NCBI GenBank assembly: GCA_951406725.2
Contig: OX597828.1
Location: 44,454,001-44,518,000 of the forward strand
Reading direction: 5' to 3'
DNA from: Octopus vulgaris
Taxonomy: Eukaryota
Length of the DNA stretch: 64,000 nt
Of this stretch, positions 45,150 to 59,059 are shown piece by piece; within the stretch, counting starts at the first letter, position 1; each line of letters starts with the position of its first letter. Under the pieces are notes generated by a model, which saw only the letters and a list, made by a program, of their open reading frames with translations, was not told the origin of the DNA and ran no database searches. The position numbers and the translations under genes were made by a program.

Positions 45150-45684
45150 AGATTACGAAGATCTGTACGACAATTTGAGGGTTGAGATTGCTGATTATCA
45201 TTGTTTTGTCCGATTAGAAAGGTAATATGTGACAGAATGGGTTGAGTGCAAAATAAAACGGCCTTGCCATATATCTGTTAGCTTTCGGTTATATTCTGAG
45301 TTCACAACTTGTCGAGGTTGAATTTACCGTTTAATTTTCTAAATGTTATCAAATAATTTTCAGTTAAGTGTTAGAGTTGATTGACTGAATTGATCATATC
45401 TCGCCTTTATCTCCCAGTGACATTTTAAAGGTGATATAACCCAAGGGATTACTTTAGAAATTATTATCCATTTCTTTATCTGTTCAATGAATTTATATGT
45501 ATTATGTATGGTCTTGAGAAGAATATTGCAAATATTTTGCAGTTTCAAAGGTGTGTGCGTGTGTGTATGTGTGTGCATGTGTGCGTATGTGTGCACGCGT
45601 GTGTAAATATATATGTTTGTATGTATATGTATGGATGTATGTGTATGTATGTATACATACATACATATATAAACATATATATAC

Positions 45685-45717
<33 letters not shown>

Positions 45718-45745
45718 TACATACACATATATATACGCATATATA

Positions 45746-46978
45746 TTGGATTGGCAACTAAGTTCATGACGTTTTTCTCATTTAAATTTCTTAAAAGGTT
45801 TAATAAAAAATAACAACTAATTAATTAATAACATAGTCACCCTTGTTATTTACAACTTCTTTCCAACGTTCAACAAGATTTTCAATACCTCGTTGGTAGA
45901 AATCACCCGATTTTAACTCGAAAAATTGATCCAACAAAGCTCTCAATTCTGCACCAGTATTGAACGAAACCCCGCGCATAGCATTTGAAAGAGATCGAAA
46001 GAGGTGGAAATCCGTTGGTGCCAAATCAGGAGAGTACGGCGGGTGTGGCAGCACTTCCCAGCCATGCGTTTGAATGGCTTCCTTGGTCATATAGGCGATA
46101 TGAGGGCGGAGGTTGTCGTGCAGCAGAACACCATACTGCCGAATAGGTCCTTTTTCTTGAATAGCCGTGTTGAGTCATTCCATCTGTTGAACATAGAGTT
46201 CCGCGTTGACCGTTTGGTTCCGTTCAAGCAATTCGTAATGGATAATCCCTTCCCAGTTTCACCATACGCACAATATCGTTTTACACGGATGAAGATCTTG
46301 TTTCACACGCGGTGTCGCTTGTTTAGCGGGTCTAAGCCGCTCCTTACGCTGCTTCATGTTGATGCACAGGCACCACTTTTCGTCGCCTGAGCGGTGACGA
46401 ACAAGCAACCCAGCGGAGATTGCAGCTCGTTGATTTTTGTAGTTGTCACTTAAAGCATGCGGAACCCATGTTACATACTTCTGAACCTTTTCCATCGAGT
46501 GAGGATGCTTCTCTATAGCAGTGTGGGAGCATTCCATTTTCTCTTCCAGTTCCCTTGTTGTTTCACGAGAATTTTCGTGCAAAAGTTGGATTAATCGCTC
46601 TTCATCGAAATCAACTGGACGGCCAGAACAAGGTGCATCTTTGAGGTCAAAATTTCCATTTTTGAACTTGGTATAGTTCTTTCAGTTATGGCGCCCTCTC
46701 CATATACGGCAAAAATGTCGCGAGCAGCTTTTGCGGCTTTAGAACCTTCATTAAATGCAAAAAGAAGGAGGTATCGAAAATGCTCGTTCTTCTTAACTTG
46801 ACATTCCATTTTAATGATCTGAAAATAAACAAAAATTGACTAAAATTAACCAGAAAAAATATAGATTCCAAAATGATTCAAAACTTGAATTCTTGAAAAA
46901 AAACATAGATTCCAAAATTTAAAAACGCAATAAATTCCCAAATTTAAAAAAACACTGGGAACTTAGATGCCAACCCAA
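45746..46978 (-). mobile_element. Near full-length decayed mariner (DD34D) transposon
   Basis: TIRs ttggattggcaactaagttc and gaacttagatgccaacccaa, TA on the left; transposase pieces EHFRYLLLFAFNEG, WVPHAL, GDEKW, HPPYSPDLAPTDFHLF; frameshifted. Confidence 0.93.
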
Positions 46979-47104
46979 TGTATATATAAATGTATGTATG
47001 TATGTATTCCACCTGCCTTCGTCTTTTGTTTATTTCCGTAAACCTGCCTTCGTCCTTTGTCTATTTTCATAAAGCTTCCCGTTATATATATATATATATA
47101 TATA

Positions 47105-47434
47105 TCAGCTGGGCCCCGTGCCGTCAAGAATGACGTCTAATTGTAGTATTTTATTTATAATTAAGGTACAAAACCAAGATTTTGGTTTAATAATTCTTTT
47201 ATTACTAATTTTTTTGTGAAGAATCTATCCGCAACTAGCATACTTTGACTGCTTGTTTTCTTCAAAAGAATTTTCAAGTTTTCCTTCCTTCTTGTCCGAC
47301 TTGAGGCCACATAAAGCTGACCGGGACTAAATACGGGTGCTGGCAAGTAAATACCAAATACACAGAGTTGAAAAGCTGTTTGATTTTTCTTTTCAGTGTT
47401 GAATGTTCACCATCTCACTTCCATTGCACACACA

Positions 47435-47476
<42 letters not shown>

Positions 47477-47795
47477 CGCACACAAACATTCACATAACTC
47501 CCTTTTACATACACACATAAACTCTCATGGAGTTGAAATGCTATTTGATTTATCCTTTTCGCCATACAGTTTCCACCATCCGACTACGATGTTTGCCATC
47601 ACTCTTTCCTTCTTTATTCATCTATCTCACCTTCCTTCTCTCATTCTTGTGTTGTGACGGAGAAAAATACAAGAGTATTATTATACTAGATAAAGGTACA
47701 AAACCAAGTTTTTAGTTTAATAATTTTTTTAGTATCAAACTTGTGAAAAATCTATCGGCAACTAACATCCTTTGACTGCTTGTTTCCTTCAAAAC
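47105..47795 (-). mobile_element. Helitron remnant with PIF1-like helicase C-terminus
   Basis: GIYLPAPVFSPGQLYVASSR (helicase motif VI region); stop followed by hairpin cgtcattcttgacg and CTGA|T; the C-terminal segment is duplicated at about 47692-47795. Confidence 0.8.
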
Positions 47796-47849
47796 GTTGA
47801 AATGCTGTTTGATTTATTTTTTCAGCGTACAATTTTCTTCATCCCACTA

Positions 47850-48290
47850 CTTAAACCACTTCTTAATTCTTTCAAATTCATACGTTCCATAAAGTTCCCA
47901 GTGGACGATTCCTGCAACATTATATCTTTTCTGATTTCGGAATGAATTTACCGATATCATTTATACCAAATGTTACTCTTTCACCACAAATTAAGCACGG
48001 AAACGACATTGAATTTGATGTCTTTTGTTCTCAGCACCAATTCCTGCGTTTCAAATACCAATACTATAGTCTCAAGATTTAGGTCCGACATTTTTCTTTA
48101 TACCCAAAACCAGATATTTATACAACTCTTGAAGATTTTTGTATATTTTCATTTCTTGCCAACTCTTCTTAGCTTTCCAAAATGTCTTCTTTCCATTTCC
48201 AGTACAGCTATACATTTCTCCGTCTAATTGATTCCATGCTTCCTAATCTCTTCCAACATAATTTCCAGAACTTTCTTTACTCGCCATTTT
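47850..48290 (-). mobile_element. Highly decayed R4/Dong-type LINE fragment
   Basis: Minus strand translates LNLETIVLVFETQELVLRTKDIKF and NVAGIVHWELYGTYEFERIKKWF. Confidence 0.65.
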
Positions 48291-48544
48291 ACTCTATCTT
48301 ACTCGGCCCTGAATATAGTCCTCGCGACTATTTAAATATTCCTTGTCGACCACAAAAGTTAATTAACAGTACCGAAGGGATAGAATGTTAAATATGTGGT
48401 CCATACTTTTCAAGACTGTGCATCTAGAAAAACATTTTCTTCATAATTTTATTTCAAGATATCAATATTGTAACGTGAATTAGATATGAACTTTATAAAA
48501 ATCTTCGACTTTTTCTATTATAAGGGTTTTTTCAACTTAATATA

Positions 48545-48775
48545 CAGGGTGGCCCAAAAGTAGGTTTACAGTTATTCAACTATTTCTTTCGCATTCATAT
48601 ATTGACAGTTAAGATCTTAATTATTAAAAAAATGAAACCATTATTCTATGCTAATTTAGTTAATTTTGTCAAGCTCCCTTTTCAGTTTGTAAGATAGAAA
48701 TTTAAATGTAATAAGTTTTAAAAGAAATTTAATTTGCCTACGTAATAACTGCGAACCTACTTTTGGGTCACCCTG
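48545..48775. mobile_element. Tc1/mariner-type MITE
   Basis: TA|cagggtggcccaaaagtaggtttacagttatt ... aataactgcgaacctacttttgggtcaccctg|TA. Confidence 0.9.
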
Positions 48776-48790
48776 TATATAAGCTATTTA

Positions 48791-49360
48791 AGCCGGCGAA
48801 ATGGTAGAATCGTTAGCACGCCGGATAAAATGCTTAACGGCTTTTCGTCCGTCTTTACCTTCTAGGTTCAAATACCGACAAGGTCGACTTTGCCTTTTAT
48901 TCTTTCGGGGTCGACAAAATAAGTACCAGTTGATCAGCGGGTCGATGTAATCGACTTATCCCCTCATCGGAAATTGCTGGCCTTGTGCCAAAATTTGAAA
49001 TCAATATTTACACGCGATAATATCTATAGATTTATCTTCACGTGGCTTAATGGTAACGGTATTCGGTTCACAGTCGTAAGGTCGTGAGTTCGATTCCCCG
49101 CTACGCGTTGTGTCCTTGAGCAAGATATTTTATTTTCATGTTGCTCTAGTCCACTCAGATGGCAAAAACGAGAAATATACCCATATTTCAAAAGTGCCAT
49201 CCTTGACACATTCTGCGTCACCCTGACCCTTCTTGAGAAGTATATTAAAGGTACTCGTATCTGAGGAGTGCTCAGCTAATTGAACGTTAATTTCACGAGC
49301 AGGTTTGTTCGGTTAATCGGATCAAGTGGAAACAATCATCGTCGTGACAGACGGAGTGCT
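48791..49360 (+). mobile_element. SINE family B (48791-49005) followed by a family C-related SINE (49039-49360)
   Basis: Nin-like domain; then A box tggcttaatgg, B box gagttcgattcc and gtgtccttgagcaaga. Confidence 0.75.
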
Positions 49361-49501
49361 CAGTTAATCTGAACGTTGAATCTTCACGAGCAGGTTACTT
49401 CACGTTCTCTCTTGAAGTTTCTAAATTCTTATGATGTCAACAACATAAAATTCTCGGTGGTAAGAATAAAGTTTCTAGATTGAAAATAGATATTTAAAAG
49501 A

Positions 49502-49571
49502 ATTGCTTTGGTCCAATGGAAGAATTCTTGTAATGTATACAGAAGATGTGGGTTCGTGTCCCGCAAGCAGC
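49502..49571 (+). pseudogene. tRNA-like sequence (tRNA pseudogene or isolated SINE head)
   Basis: A box tggtccaatgg, T arm gtggg-ttcgtgt-cccgc, acceptor-like ttgctt/aagcag pairing; anticodon loop non-canonical. Confidence 0.45.
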
Positions 49572-50311
49572 CTTCAACGTTTTCTGTTCAAAAAGGATTT
49601 TAACCCAATATTTACACGTTATCGTATATAGCTTAAAATCTGCTCGAGATGGTTCCAAGAATTAAAGTATTAAGTACTAGAATGGTTCAAAATAGATTTA
49701 TTTAAAAGAATTAGTGCTGCTCAAAGCATAAAATTCATGAACTAGCAGTTAGGCTGTTGGGCTTACGTTCGATTCTCAGTCAAGTTTGTATATGTAAGGA
49801 AACTTCTTCTTTTTATTCCTTTTTATTTATATTTATTTTGTTATTCTGTTTTAGCATTCCATTATTGTGTCTCGAACCTGATATGATTTACATGTTTTTG
49901 GCAGCCTCCTACTACACACACGTGCGCGCGTATATACATACGGGTATGCATTCATATACATACGTAAGCGTAAAGACACGTGACCTTTTGGACATTAGAT
50001 CGAATCCCATTGGATCGAAGATTTGCCAGATTAGGACTGACCTGGGTTACTCAACGACGGTGGTAGTCGTGATGGTGGTAGTGGTGGTGGTGTGGAACAG
50101 GGGGTTGAGGGTTGGAGGTTATTCCTTCAGAGTTGAAAAGTAAACGAAAAATGGAGAAGAACAGCAGTAAAATTACGAAGTAAAAAAAAAAAAAAAGAAG
50201 GTAATAAGTTATCTCCCTTGCTTATCAAGTTCAATAACTCTGTATCTAATTGTGTCCCTTGGAAGTGAGTATTTTATATATAGATATTTTATATATAGAT
50301 ATATAAATATA

Positions 50312-50647
50312 CTAGCAGTATCGCCCCGCGTTGCTCGGGTTTGTTTCGACCCTCCAGAATTGGAATTTTTTGAAAAGTAAAAATTTTGCATTATGTAGCT
50401 TGTTATTCTCTTTAAGTGAGCATTTTTCTGGTTAAAAAATAGGGATTTTCATAGAAAAAAGCACCTTTTTGATGTAAATAATTTTTGGTGTTAACATGGT
50501 CCGATTTGAATTTTATCGTCTACGGAAGGAAGAGCAAGCCTTCTTCTATCATACTCTCAATTTTGATCAACTTGTGCCACAGGGTTCGGAGGAGATAGTG
50601 TTAGTTAAGGCTACCAAATACAGACAAATTCAAATTTATATATATAT
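50312..50647 (-). mobile_element. Non-autonomous Helitron
   Basis: A|ctagcagtatcgccccgcgttgctcgggttt is the reverse of the family 3' end; body matches 55854-56243. Confidence 0.8.
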
Positions 50648-50972
50648 AATATGGCATGTTATGATTTAATTCGATAGATTGTAATCCATTCTTCAAGAAA
50701 AGTAATAAATTTTGTTAAGAGAAGATTTTCGCAAGGTATCTCAGTGCTATATCTTGGAGCTGAGATCTAACATCATAAAGCAAATCAATAGAATCATTTG
50801 AGAGTTGAATACAATCTCTTACCAGAGGTTAACAACCACCGGACCGCAGATCAGCACCGGGCCAGTCTTGGATCATTTAGTACTGCACAGAAAGAATAAA
50901 TTTTTAAACATAATTTATATTTTACTGATTGTTGTAGTCAGCATAGTGTTTTTTAAGTGTCTACCAAACCTG

Positions 50973-51011
<39 letters not shown>

Positions 51012-51704
51012 TATATAAGTATGGCATGTTATGATTTAATTCGATAGATTGTAATCCATTCTTCAGAAAAGTAATGAATTTTCTCAAGACGTACGTACGT
51101 GCATACGTACATACAGTACATACGTACATACGTACGTACATACATACATACGTACGTACGTTCATACATACATACATACATACATACATGCATACATGCA
51201 TGCATGCATACAGATAGACTGACATACCAGAGGTTAACAACCACCGGGCCGTAGATGCATACGTACATACATACATGCATACATACATACATATATACAT
51301 ACATGCATGCATATATACATACATACATACATACATACATACATACATACATACATACATACTTGCATGCATGCATACAGATAGACTGACATACATACAT
51401 ACATACATACATGCATGCATGCATACGTACATACATACATGCATACGTACATACTACATACATACACACATACATACTCTCTCTCTCTCTCTCTCATCCA
51501 CAGACGTACATGTACGTTCATACGTACATACGTACGTACATACGTACATACTACTACGTAAATACGTACATACATACTTACGTACATACATATATTCATA
51601 CATACATACATGCATACATACATACATACATACATACATACATACATACATACATACATACATACATACATGCATACATACATGCATACATACATACATA
51701 CATA

Positions 51705-52690
51705 CTAGTTTCTCGTCCTCGCCATTTCAGTTTTCTCCTCACGCTCAGTTTGGCCCTCTAAAATGGTCTCTGCAAGAACTGAGTGAGATAAACGCTCGAA
51801 CTCGCGGGCTGATCATTGTTACAGGGAACATCAAACTCAATGACGATTCGGACAGGCTATACTTCCCAAGCAAGGGCGGTGGCCATGGTCTTGAATGTGG
51901 CTTAATGCCACATGAAGCACGTACTGTGACACTGGAGCAACATCTGCAGCAGAGGAAAGAGCCTAGTAACTATCTTACCCAAATTTGCGAACACGAATTT
52001 AGCAACATGATTAGGATAACTAATGAACCTGAGGAAAGGCATGGAATAAGAGCCGATACAGATGTCTCCAAGAGTATTGGTAAAATCTATTTATCAAATG
52101 AACAATTTCTTTTAAATGCACCATTTCGCTTAGAAAAACAGTACATAGGTACTTGGCACGAAAAATACAATTCATAAAAGTAGCTGATCAGATCAAAAGC
52201 TTGACGTGGTGTACCAACAAGGTTATGGTGAATGCTACCTCCATGGAATTGAGGGACAAGAGATCCTCACAAAGTACATACAGCATAAAAGGCTGAAAAC
52301 ATGGGCAAACAGTAAATGTAGGCGATGCAAGACTAAAACTGAAGACATCAACCACATTATTGCAAATGCGAGAGAATATCTTCCAAATGTTATCTTTCCA
52401 TGATGTTGTGGGCCAGAACGGTCTGGGACAGGATAAGACCAAAAAAAAAATAATACCAACAGGCGAATTTGACTATATTGAGACTAATGGTTCCAAAGAA
52501 TCATGGTAGAACATGAATTTCTAAAACAGGCACCAAATTAAAACAAGGCTGACTAGATACTGCTGTGTGGGACCACAAGGAAATGATATGTTCTACTGTG
52601 GAAATCAGCTGGATTCTGAACACTAATGTAGTGGGGAAAATACAGGGGAAAGAGAATATCTATGGATTATTAATGGAGAATCTTCAAACC
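51705..52690 (+). mobile_element. Decayed R4/Dong-clade LINE fragment (RT thumb, CCHC knuckle, RLE)
   Basis: FGPLKWSLQELSEINARTR..DSDRLYFPSKGGGHGL; KCRRCKTKTEDINHII; DTAVWD..EIS..KENIYG. Confidence 0.8.
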
Positions 52691-52697
52691 CACTAAC

Positions 52698-53238
52698 TAC
52701 TCTCTTTACTATTTTTACTCTTTTACTTGTTTCAGTCATTTGACTGTGACCATGCTGGAGCACCGCCTTTAGTCGAGCAAATCGACCCCGGGACTTATTC
52801 TTTTGTAAGCCCAGTACTTATTCTATCGGTCTCTTTTGCCGAACCGCTAAGTAACGGAGACGTAAACACATACCAGCATCGGTTGTCAAGCAATGCTAGG
52901 GGGACAAACACAGACACACAAACACATACACACACACACATATATATATATACATATATACGACAGGCTTCTTTCAGTTTCCGTCTACCAAATCCACTCA
53001 CAAGGCATTGGTCGGCTCGGGGCTATAGCAGAAGACACTTGCCCAAGATGCCACGCAGTGGGACTGAAGCCGGAACCATGTAGTTGGTTAGCAAGCTACT
53101 TACCACACAGCCACCACTCACAAGGCTTTGGTTGGCCCGAGGCTATAGTAGAAGACACTTGCCCAAGGTGCCACGCAGTGGGACTGAACCCAAAACCACG
53201 TGGTACGTAAGCAAGCTACTTACCACACAGCCGCTCCT
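52698..53238 (-). mobile_element. SINE family A with a second tandem head (53113-53238)
   Basis: ccactcacaaggc..gaagacacttgcccaag..gcaagctacttaccacacagcc occurs twice. Confidence 0.88.
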
Positions 53239-53341
53239 AAAGAACACTAACACTCACGAGAGATATTAATGTTAGTAGCCGCTGCAAGCTAAAACCGTGT
53301 AGGCAAAATTAATAGATGTATATAAAAGAAAGAATTATATA

Positions 53342-53734
53342 TAATAAGGGCGCTTTTTTTTTTAAAGATACCATCTTTGCTGAAAATGGGAATTAAAACA
53401 CACCGAAGCCACAAAATTCAACACTGTGTTTATTTACACAGGCATGGTTAAAAAATCAATCAATTAAATTAAAGATTGCTTCTTGCCTCTACAAAAACGC
53501 ATGACGGAATGTCAGTTACCTTCATATTATGATTTCGAATTTCGTGCCAAAAACACGCTCGATTAACTGATATTCCTGTTTGCATTTTTGCAGAGGTAAG
53601 AAGCAATCCTTATTTCACATAATTTTTTTCCAGCCATACCTGTGTAAACACAGTGTTAAATTTTGTGGCGTCGAAGCGCTTTAACTCCTATTTTCAGCAA
53701 AGCTGATATCTTATTTTAAAAAGTGCCCCTGTTA
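53342..53734. mobile_element. Foldback MITE with diverged ~175-bp inverted arms, TA-flanked
   Basis: ctttgctgaaaat/attttcagcaaag, gccacaaaatt/aattttgtggc and gattgcttctt/aagaagcaatc pair in nested order. Confidence 0.85.
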
Positions 53735-53739
53735 TATAT

Positions 53740-53950
53740 ACTCTTTACTCTTTTATTTGTTTCAGTCATTTGACTGCGGCCATGCTGGAGCACCACCTTT
53801 AATCGAGCAACTCGACCCCGGGACTTATTCTTTTGTAAGCCCAGTACTTATTCTATCGGTCTCTTTTGCCGAACCGCTAAGTTACGGGGACGTAAACACA
53901 CCAGCATCGGTTGTCAAGCAATGCTAGGGGGACAAACACAGACACACACA

Positions 53951-54022
<72 letters not shown>

Positions 54023-54094
54023 CATATATACGACGGGCTTCTTTCAGTTTCCGTCTACCAAATCCACTCACAAGGCTTTGGTCTGCCTGAGGCT
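53740..54094 (-). mobile_element. SINE family A, 5'-truncated
   Basis: Reverse complement of the consensus 3' part. Confidence 0.88.
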
Positions 54095-54724
54095 TTTTGC
54101 ACATAAATATATATGTAATTCTATTTTGAATCTTTTTACATAAAATTTGCTCTGAGACAGTGCATTGAAAGCAATTTTGCTATATATTTCTAGAGTCACA
54201 TTATTAAAGACTATACAAATACACACTCTGGTTGTTGTATTTTGCATCGTTTTGTTTTTTATTTTTATATTTTCTATCTTTATTATTCCTCTTTTTCTTT
54301 TTCGAAATTTTTCACTGCTATGAGGCTGTGGAGTCCAAAGAATAAAACAACTAAATAACTTTGTGTCGAGGGGGGGCGTGCACGTGTATGTTTATGCGCG
54401 AGAGCACGTGTGTTTGTGCATACACACACGGATATATATGGCGCATGTGTGTGTGAGCGTGTGTTTATGAACTTGCGTTGCAAGATTCTTGATGTGAAAC
54501 CGTGTGTTGAAACAGACATGGTTGTATTCCGGGATAGTCATTTTTTTTTTTTAAATGGACTAAGCGGAGCAGAGGCACACAAAAGGACGGAAAATGTCGC
54601 TGAAAAGGTCATAGATTTACGATGAAAGATTTCTGGACAATTGACATCAAATAAAATGAGAACAGTCATAAACGATTTTTAAAAATGACCATCCAGAAAT
54701 ACAACGATGCATATATATATATAT

Positions 54725-54794
<70 letters not shown>

Positions 54795-54867
54795 ATGTTT
54801 CTGTGTATGTATGTATGCATGTATGTATACACACACACATATTTATAGATATGTATATAGTCTGATA

Positions 54868-55307
54868 AGACGTCAAAATCGCCATTTTCCACGAAGAATG
54901 TATTCTCAAATAAAAAATGCTCTCTAACCGGTAGATTGACTGCTGTAGTTTATTAACTGCAGAGTAATTTCCGATCTCAACGCGCCAGAGTGAAGGCATT
55001 TGAAAGGATACACATAAATATAAATTGTAGAACTTTATACATAATGGATTTCGGTTGAGCGTTCTGTATCTAGTTCTGGAAATTGTGTTTTGTAAACGAC
55101 AGACTATGTTGATGATCTTGCAGATGTTTACGTGTCCATATACGTAAATATTAACAAGTGAAACTAATTAGTACATAGGTAATCGTTTTTTTATTTCGTA
55201 TATTTTCATTTGTCTTGCTTATTTTTACACTTTGGTTTTTTTGCTGAGTTTTTTTTTAGGTGGTGGGGGGCACACATTCTTCGTGGAAAATGGCGATTTT
55301 AACGTCT
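54868..55307. mobile_element. MITE with 34-bp TIRs
   Basis: agacgtcaaaatcgccattttccacgaagaatgt and acattcttcgtggaaaatggcgattttaacgtct (1 mismatch). Confidence 0.85.
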
Positions 55308-55467
55308 ATATCTAGCATATAGGCTGTCCACTTTTAGTGGTCAGTTCTCTAAATTTTGTATGTAAACAAATTTTTAATCTTTGGATGTTTTTAAAATATG
55401 CTAAGCCACTGGTTTTAATTGATTAATATCAATTTCTACCCTTATTTAATTATATATATATATATAT

Positions 55468-55523
<56 letters not shown>

Positions 55524-55853
55524 GTATGTATATGTGTTTGTGCGCGTGTGTATACATACACATATATAATCACACACACACAAACGTATCCACACACACA
55601 TACATACATAGTATTTGTATGTTCGAAGCTGGTTAAACAATTATAGTGATCGACAAAAAAAAGGTGATAACATAAATAGAAAATTGTTCGCCATACTCAA
55701 ACAAAGCACTAAATGGCTGTGCCCTAGTATGGCCATAGCGAAAAGTAGAGAATCCAGTAAAAACCATAATTTACACAAAGCAGCAATAAAATAAGATGAT
55801 AGAGGGAGATAACTTCTGAAAGAATTTGCAGATTTACGTCCCTTAGATTTTAA

Positions 55854-56243
55854 TCTCTCTATAAAGCTAAAGTTGTTTGTGTGTGACGGGTTTGGTAGCC
55901 TTCGTCTAACACTTATCTCCTCCGAGACCCTGCGGCGCAAGTTGACCAAAATTGAAAGTATGATAGAAGAAGGCTTGTTCTTCATTCCGTAGAAGAAAAA
56001 ATTCAAACCGGACCATGTTAACACCAAAAATTATTTACATCAAAAAGGTGCTTTTTTTCTACGAAAATCCCTATTTTTTACGATTTTTTGACTGCTGTGT
56101 TGCCATTTTTCGGTGTATTTCAACCAGAAAAAATGTTCACTTAAAGAGAGTGACAAGCTACATAATGCAAAAAATTTAAATTTCAAAAATTCCAATTCTA
56201 AAGGGTCGAAACAAACCCCAGCAACGCCGAGCGATACTGCTTG
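55854..56243 (+). mobile_element. Non-autonomous Helitron
   Basis: A|TC start; end aaaccccagcaacgccgagcgatactgCTTG|T. Confidence 0.78.
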
Positions 56244-56759
56244 TTTTATATTTAAAGCACTTTTTGTGTGTATGTGTCCATTTGTACTTGATATTATAAA
56301 CCCGATGATATGAAAGATCGTTAGAGCGCAGATTAGAATACTTTGCTGCATTTTCTACCACTTTATATACTTCGTGTTCGATTCCCTTCTAAATCAACCG
56401 TACTTGTCATCTCTCCTATCTAATCGAATAACATACCCGTCCTATACTAGCGTCGAATCTTCCAGCACCCACCTCACTTCCCACTCTCTCTTCACACGTT
56501 TTCTCTCCCTCCCTGCTCTCCCTGCTCTCTCTTTCTCTCTCTCTCTCCCCTTCTTCACATGCCTTGCCTACAGGCACCAGTTTTCATGGAGGCCAATTCT
56601 AAACCCTGAAGATATATGAATCTTTTATAGGCGTAGGAGTGGCTGTGTGGTAGGTAGCTTGCTTACGGGTTCAGTTCCATTGCGTGGCCCCTTAGGAAAG
56701 TGTTTTCTACTATAGCAACTGACACACAAAACCATGCAGTCATACGTGCTATCAGTGGG

Positions 56760-58493
56760 GAAAAAATGCAATAAACTGTTTTAAATTGTAAGGAAGTATA
56801 TGAAACATTGCGACAAAAATCGGAAGCCTAAATGAAAGCAGAAACGAGTTATACTAATCATCGCTTTCATCATCGCTTTCACCAAATAACTGGTAAAAAA
56901 AACCTCGGTTGTGATGGTCTCGTCGTATACACCCTGATCCCCGTCTGATCTTCATTAACTGATGAAGTACTGGGCTAAAGTTTCTTGCGCAGACGAAATC
57001 ATTATATAGCTCGTCGTCTTCCGTACCATCCATGGAATTTCAGGTTCCGCACTTCACAAATGATTTCATTACAAGTTCACTCGGTATTTCAGCCCATTAA
57101 TCTATCACCCACTGGTAAACAGTCTTAAGGTCAGGGAGTTTAAAGTTCCCAGCCTTTGTCAGCATTAATCATCCATTCATTCCATTTGGCACGCATTTTC
57201 CCCTTAAAAGGCTAGTTCACGACACGTCGAGTAGCTGAAGCACAGATGTACACCCACCTGGAATCACAGCTTGGTAGGTACGACGCTCCTTTAATCTACT
57301 TATTATGCTGTAGATCAGATGAGTCCTGAACATATCCCTTACAAGAAGCGATTTTGAATTAAGCTTAGCCCCTGTGCGCTTTAACCACACGTCGTTTAAC
57401 CAGTTCGTCAATACGGTTTCATCCACCTACTTTTTCTCCTGATCATACACTACTATGCCCTTCGGAAACTTCTCTTTCGGGAAGGTCTTTCTTTTGAAAA
57501 CAACAGCCGGAGTAAGTTTCGTGCCGTTGGCCATACAAGCCAAAATTGCAGTGAAGTGAGCCTTGTCGCTCTCCGTAATTTTCACCGAAATTGTGTTTTA
57601 CCTTTAACGTCAACTGAGTTCCAACCGTATCGAAAAAGGGCTGTTTCGTCCATATTATCGATTGCTTCCAAACTCGTGGCTCTTTCGTAGGTCTATTACA
57701 TACCGCTGGAAGGAATCAACTTTGCTCTCTACGTCGGCGGGTAATTTCTGTGCGATATGAGTCCTCTGTTTCAGCGTAAGATCGTGGCGTTTCATAAACC
57801 TCGTCCACCAGCCAGGGAATGCTTTAAAAACAGATATACCTTTAAAAACAGATATATATTAGTCACTTGGAGAGGCCGTAATCTAATGAAGTTTCTCGTG
57901 ACGTCAAGTCTATTCGTAAGTAGTTCAGTCATCCAATCTCTCAAAATAGTCTCCATCACCTCATTGGCACTCATTCCTGTCCTAATTTTCTTTAACGATT
58001 TAATGTCAACGGATACAATTTTCTCCTCTTTCAAACGCCAAACCTTGACCTTTTTTTTTTTTTCTGAGACCCCAAATTCTATTTCAGCTGCTCGGTTCGA
58101 ATGCGACTTCGCGTATTCAACAACTTTCAGCTTGAAAATGATATCATACGAATTCAACTTTCTCATGTTAACAATTAGCATGGCAACGAATTAAAAAAAA
58201 GACAAGTACGGTACAAAAACAAACAAACAAGCATTAAACTCACTTTTTCTTTAGTTAATTGCTTATTTCATACTAACAGAGGTAAAGAAATATCAAAAGA
58301 TCGTCTTCCGTGTACTTCTCGGCTTCGGAATTAGCGATTCGGGGTTTTACGGGTATTCCAAGTGTCGGAACTTTAAATGTGGCTTGTACATATCTGAAGA
58401 TTATTTTATAGAATGCGCGTATAAATCGCACTCCCAACGTTAGGTGAAATTTTCAGGGGAAAAAAAGTGTGACTTATAACCGAGTATATATGG
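56760..58493 (-). mobile_element. Decayed pogo-superfamily (POGK-like) transposon
   Basis: N-terminal SYDIIFKLKVVEYAKSHSNRAAEIEFGVSEK (Brinker-like HTH); DDE_1 WLNDVWLKRTG..SLLVRDMFRTH..AVIPGGCTSVLQLLDVS; TIR-like gacttataaccgagtatatatgg. Confidence 0.88.
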
Positions 58494-58649
58494 TGTGTAA
58501 CTTGGAACTTATGAGAAGCAAAGGTTATGTTTTCAGGTGCCTTTCATGTAAAACATTTTCATGAAAACGATCGCCTAAACACGAAAGATAACTCTTTAAA
58601 TAATTTTTAAAGTTATCTCCCTTAGGATTTTTTAAAATTTATTTTTATT

Positions 58650-58833
58650 TTTTACTTATTTCTGTCAGTTGATGCTAGCCATATTGGCGCACCGCCTCGA
58701 AGGGTTTTAGTCGAACAAATCAATCTCAGGGCTTTTATTAAACCTGGTATTTATTCTATCGGTCTTTTAGGCCGAACTGTTAATTACGGGGCCGTAAATA
58801 CACCGACACCGGTGGGACACACCACTACACACT

Positions 58834-58893
<60 letters not shown>

Positions 58894-59059
58894 TGTGCAC
58901 ACAAACAACGGGTTTCTTTCAGTCTACCGAATCCACTCACAAGTCTTTAGTCGGCCCGAAGCTATTGCAAAAGACACTTGCCCAAGGTGCCACGCAGTGG
59001 GACTGAACCTTGAGCCATATGTGGGTGAGAAACAAGCGTCTCACTACACATCCACGCCT
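58650..59059 (-). mobile_element. SINE family A, diverged
   Basis: gacacttgcccaaggtgccacgcagtgggactgaacc. Confidence 0.75.
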
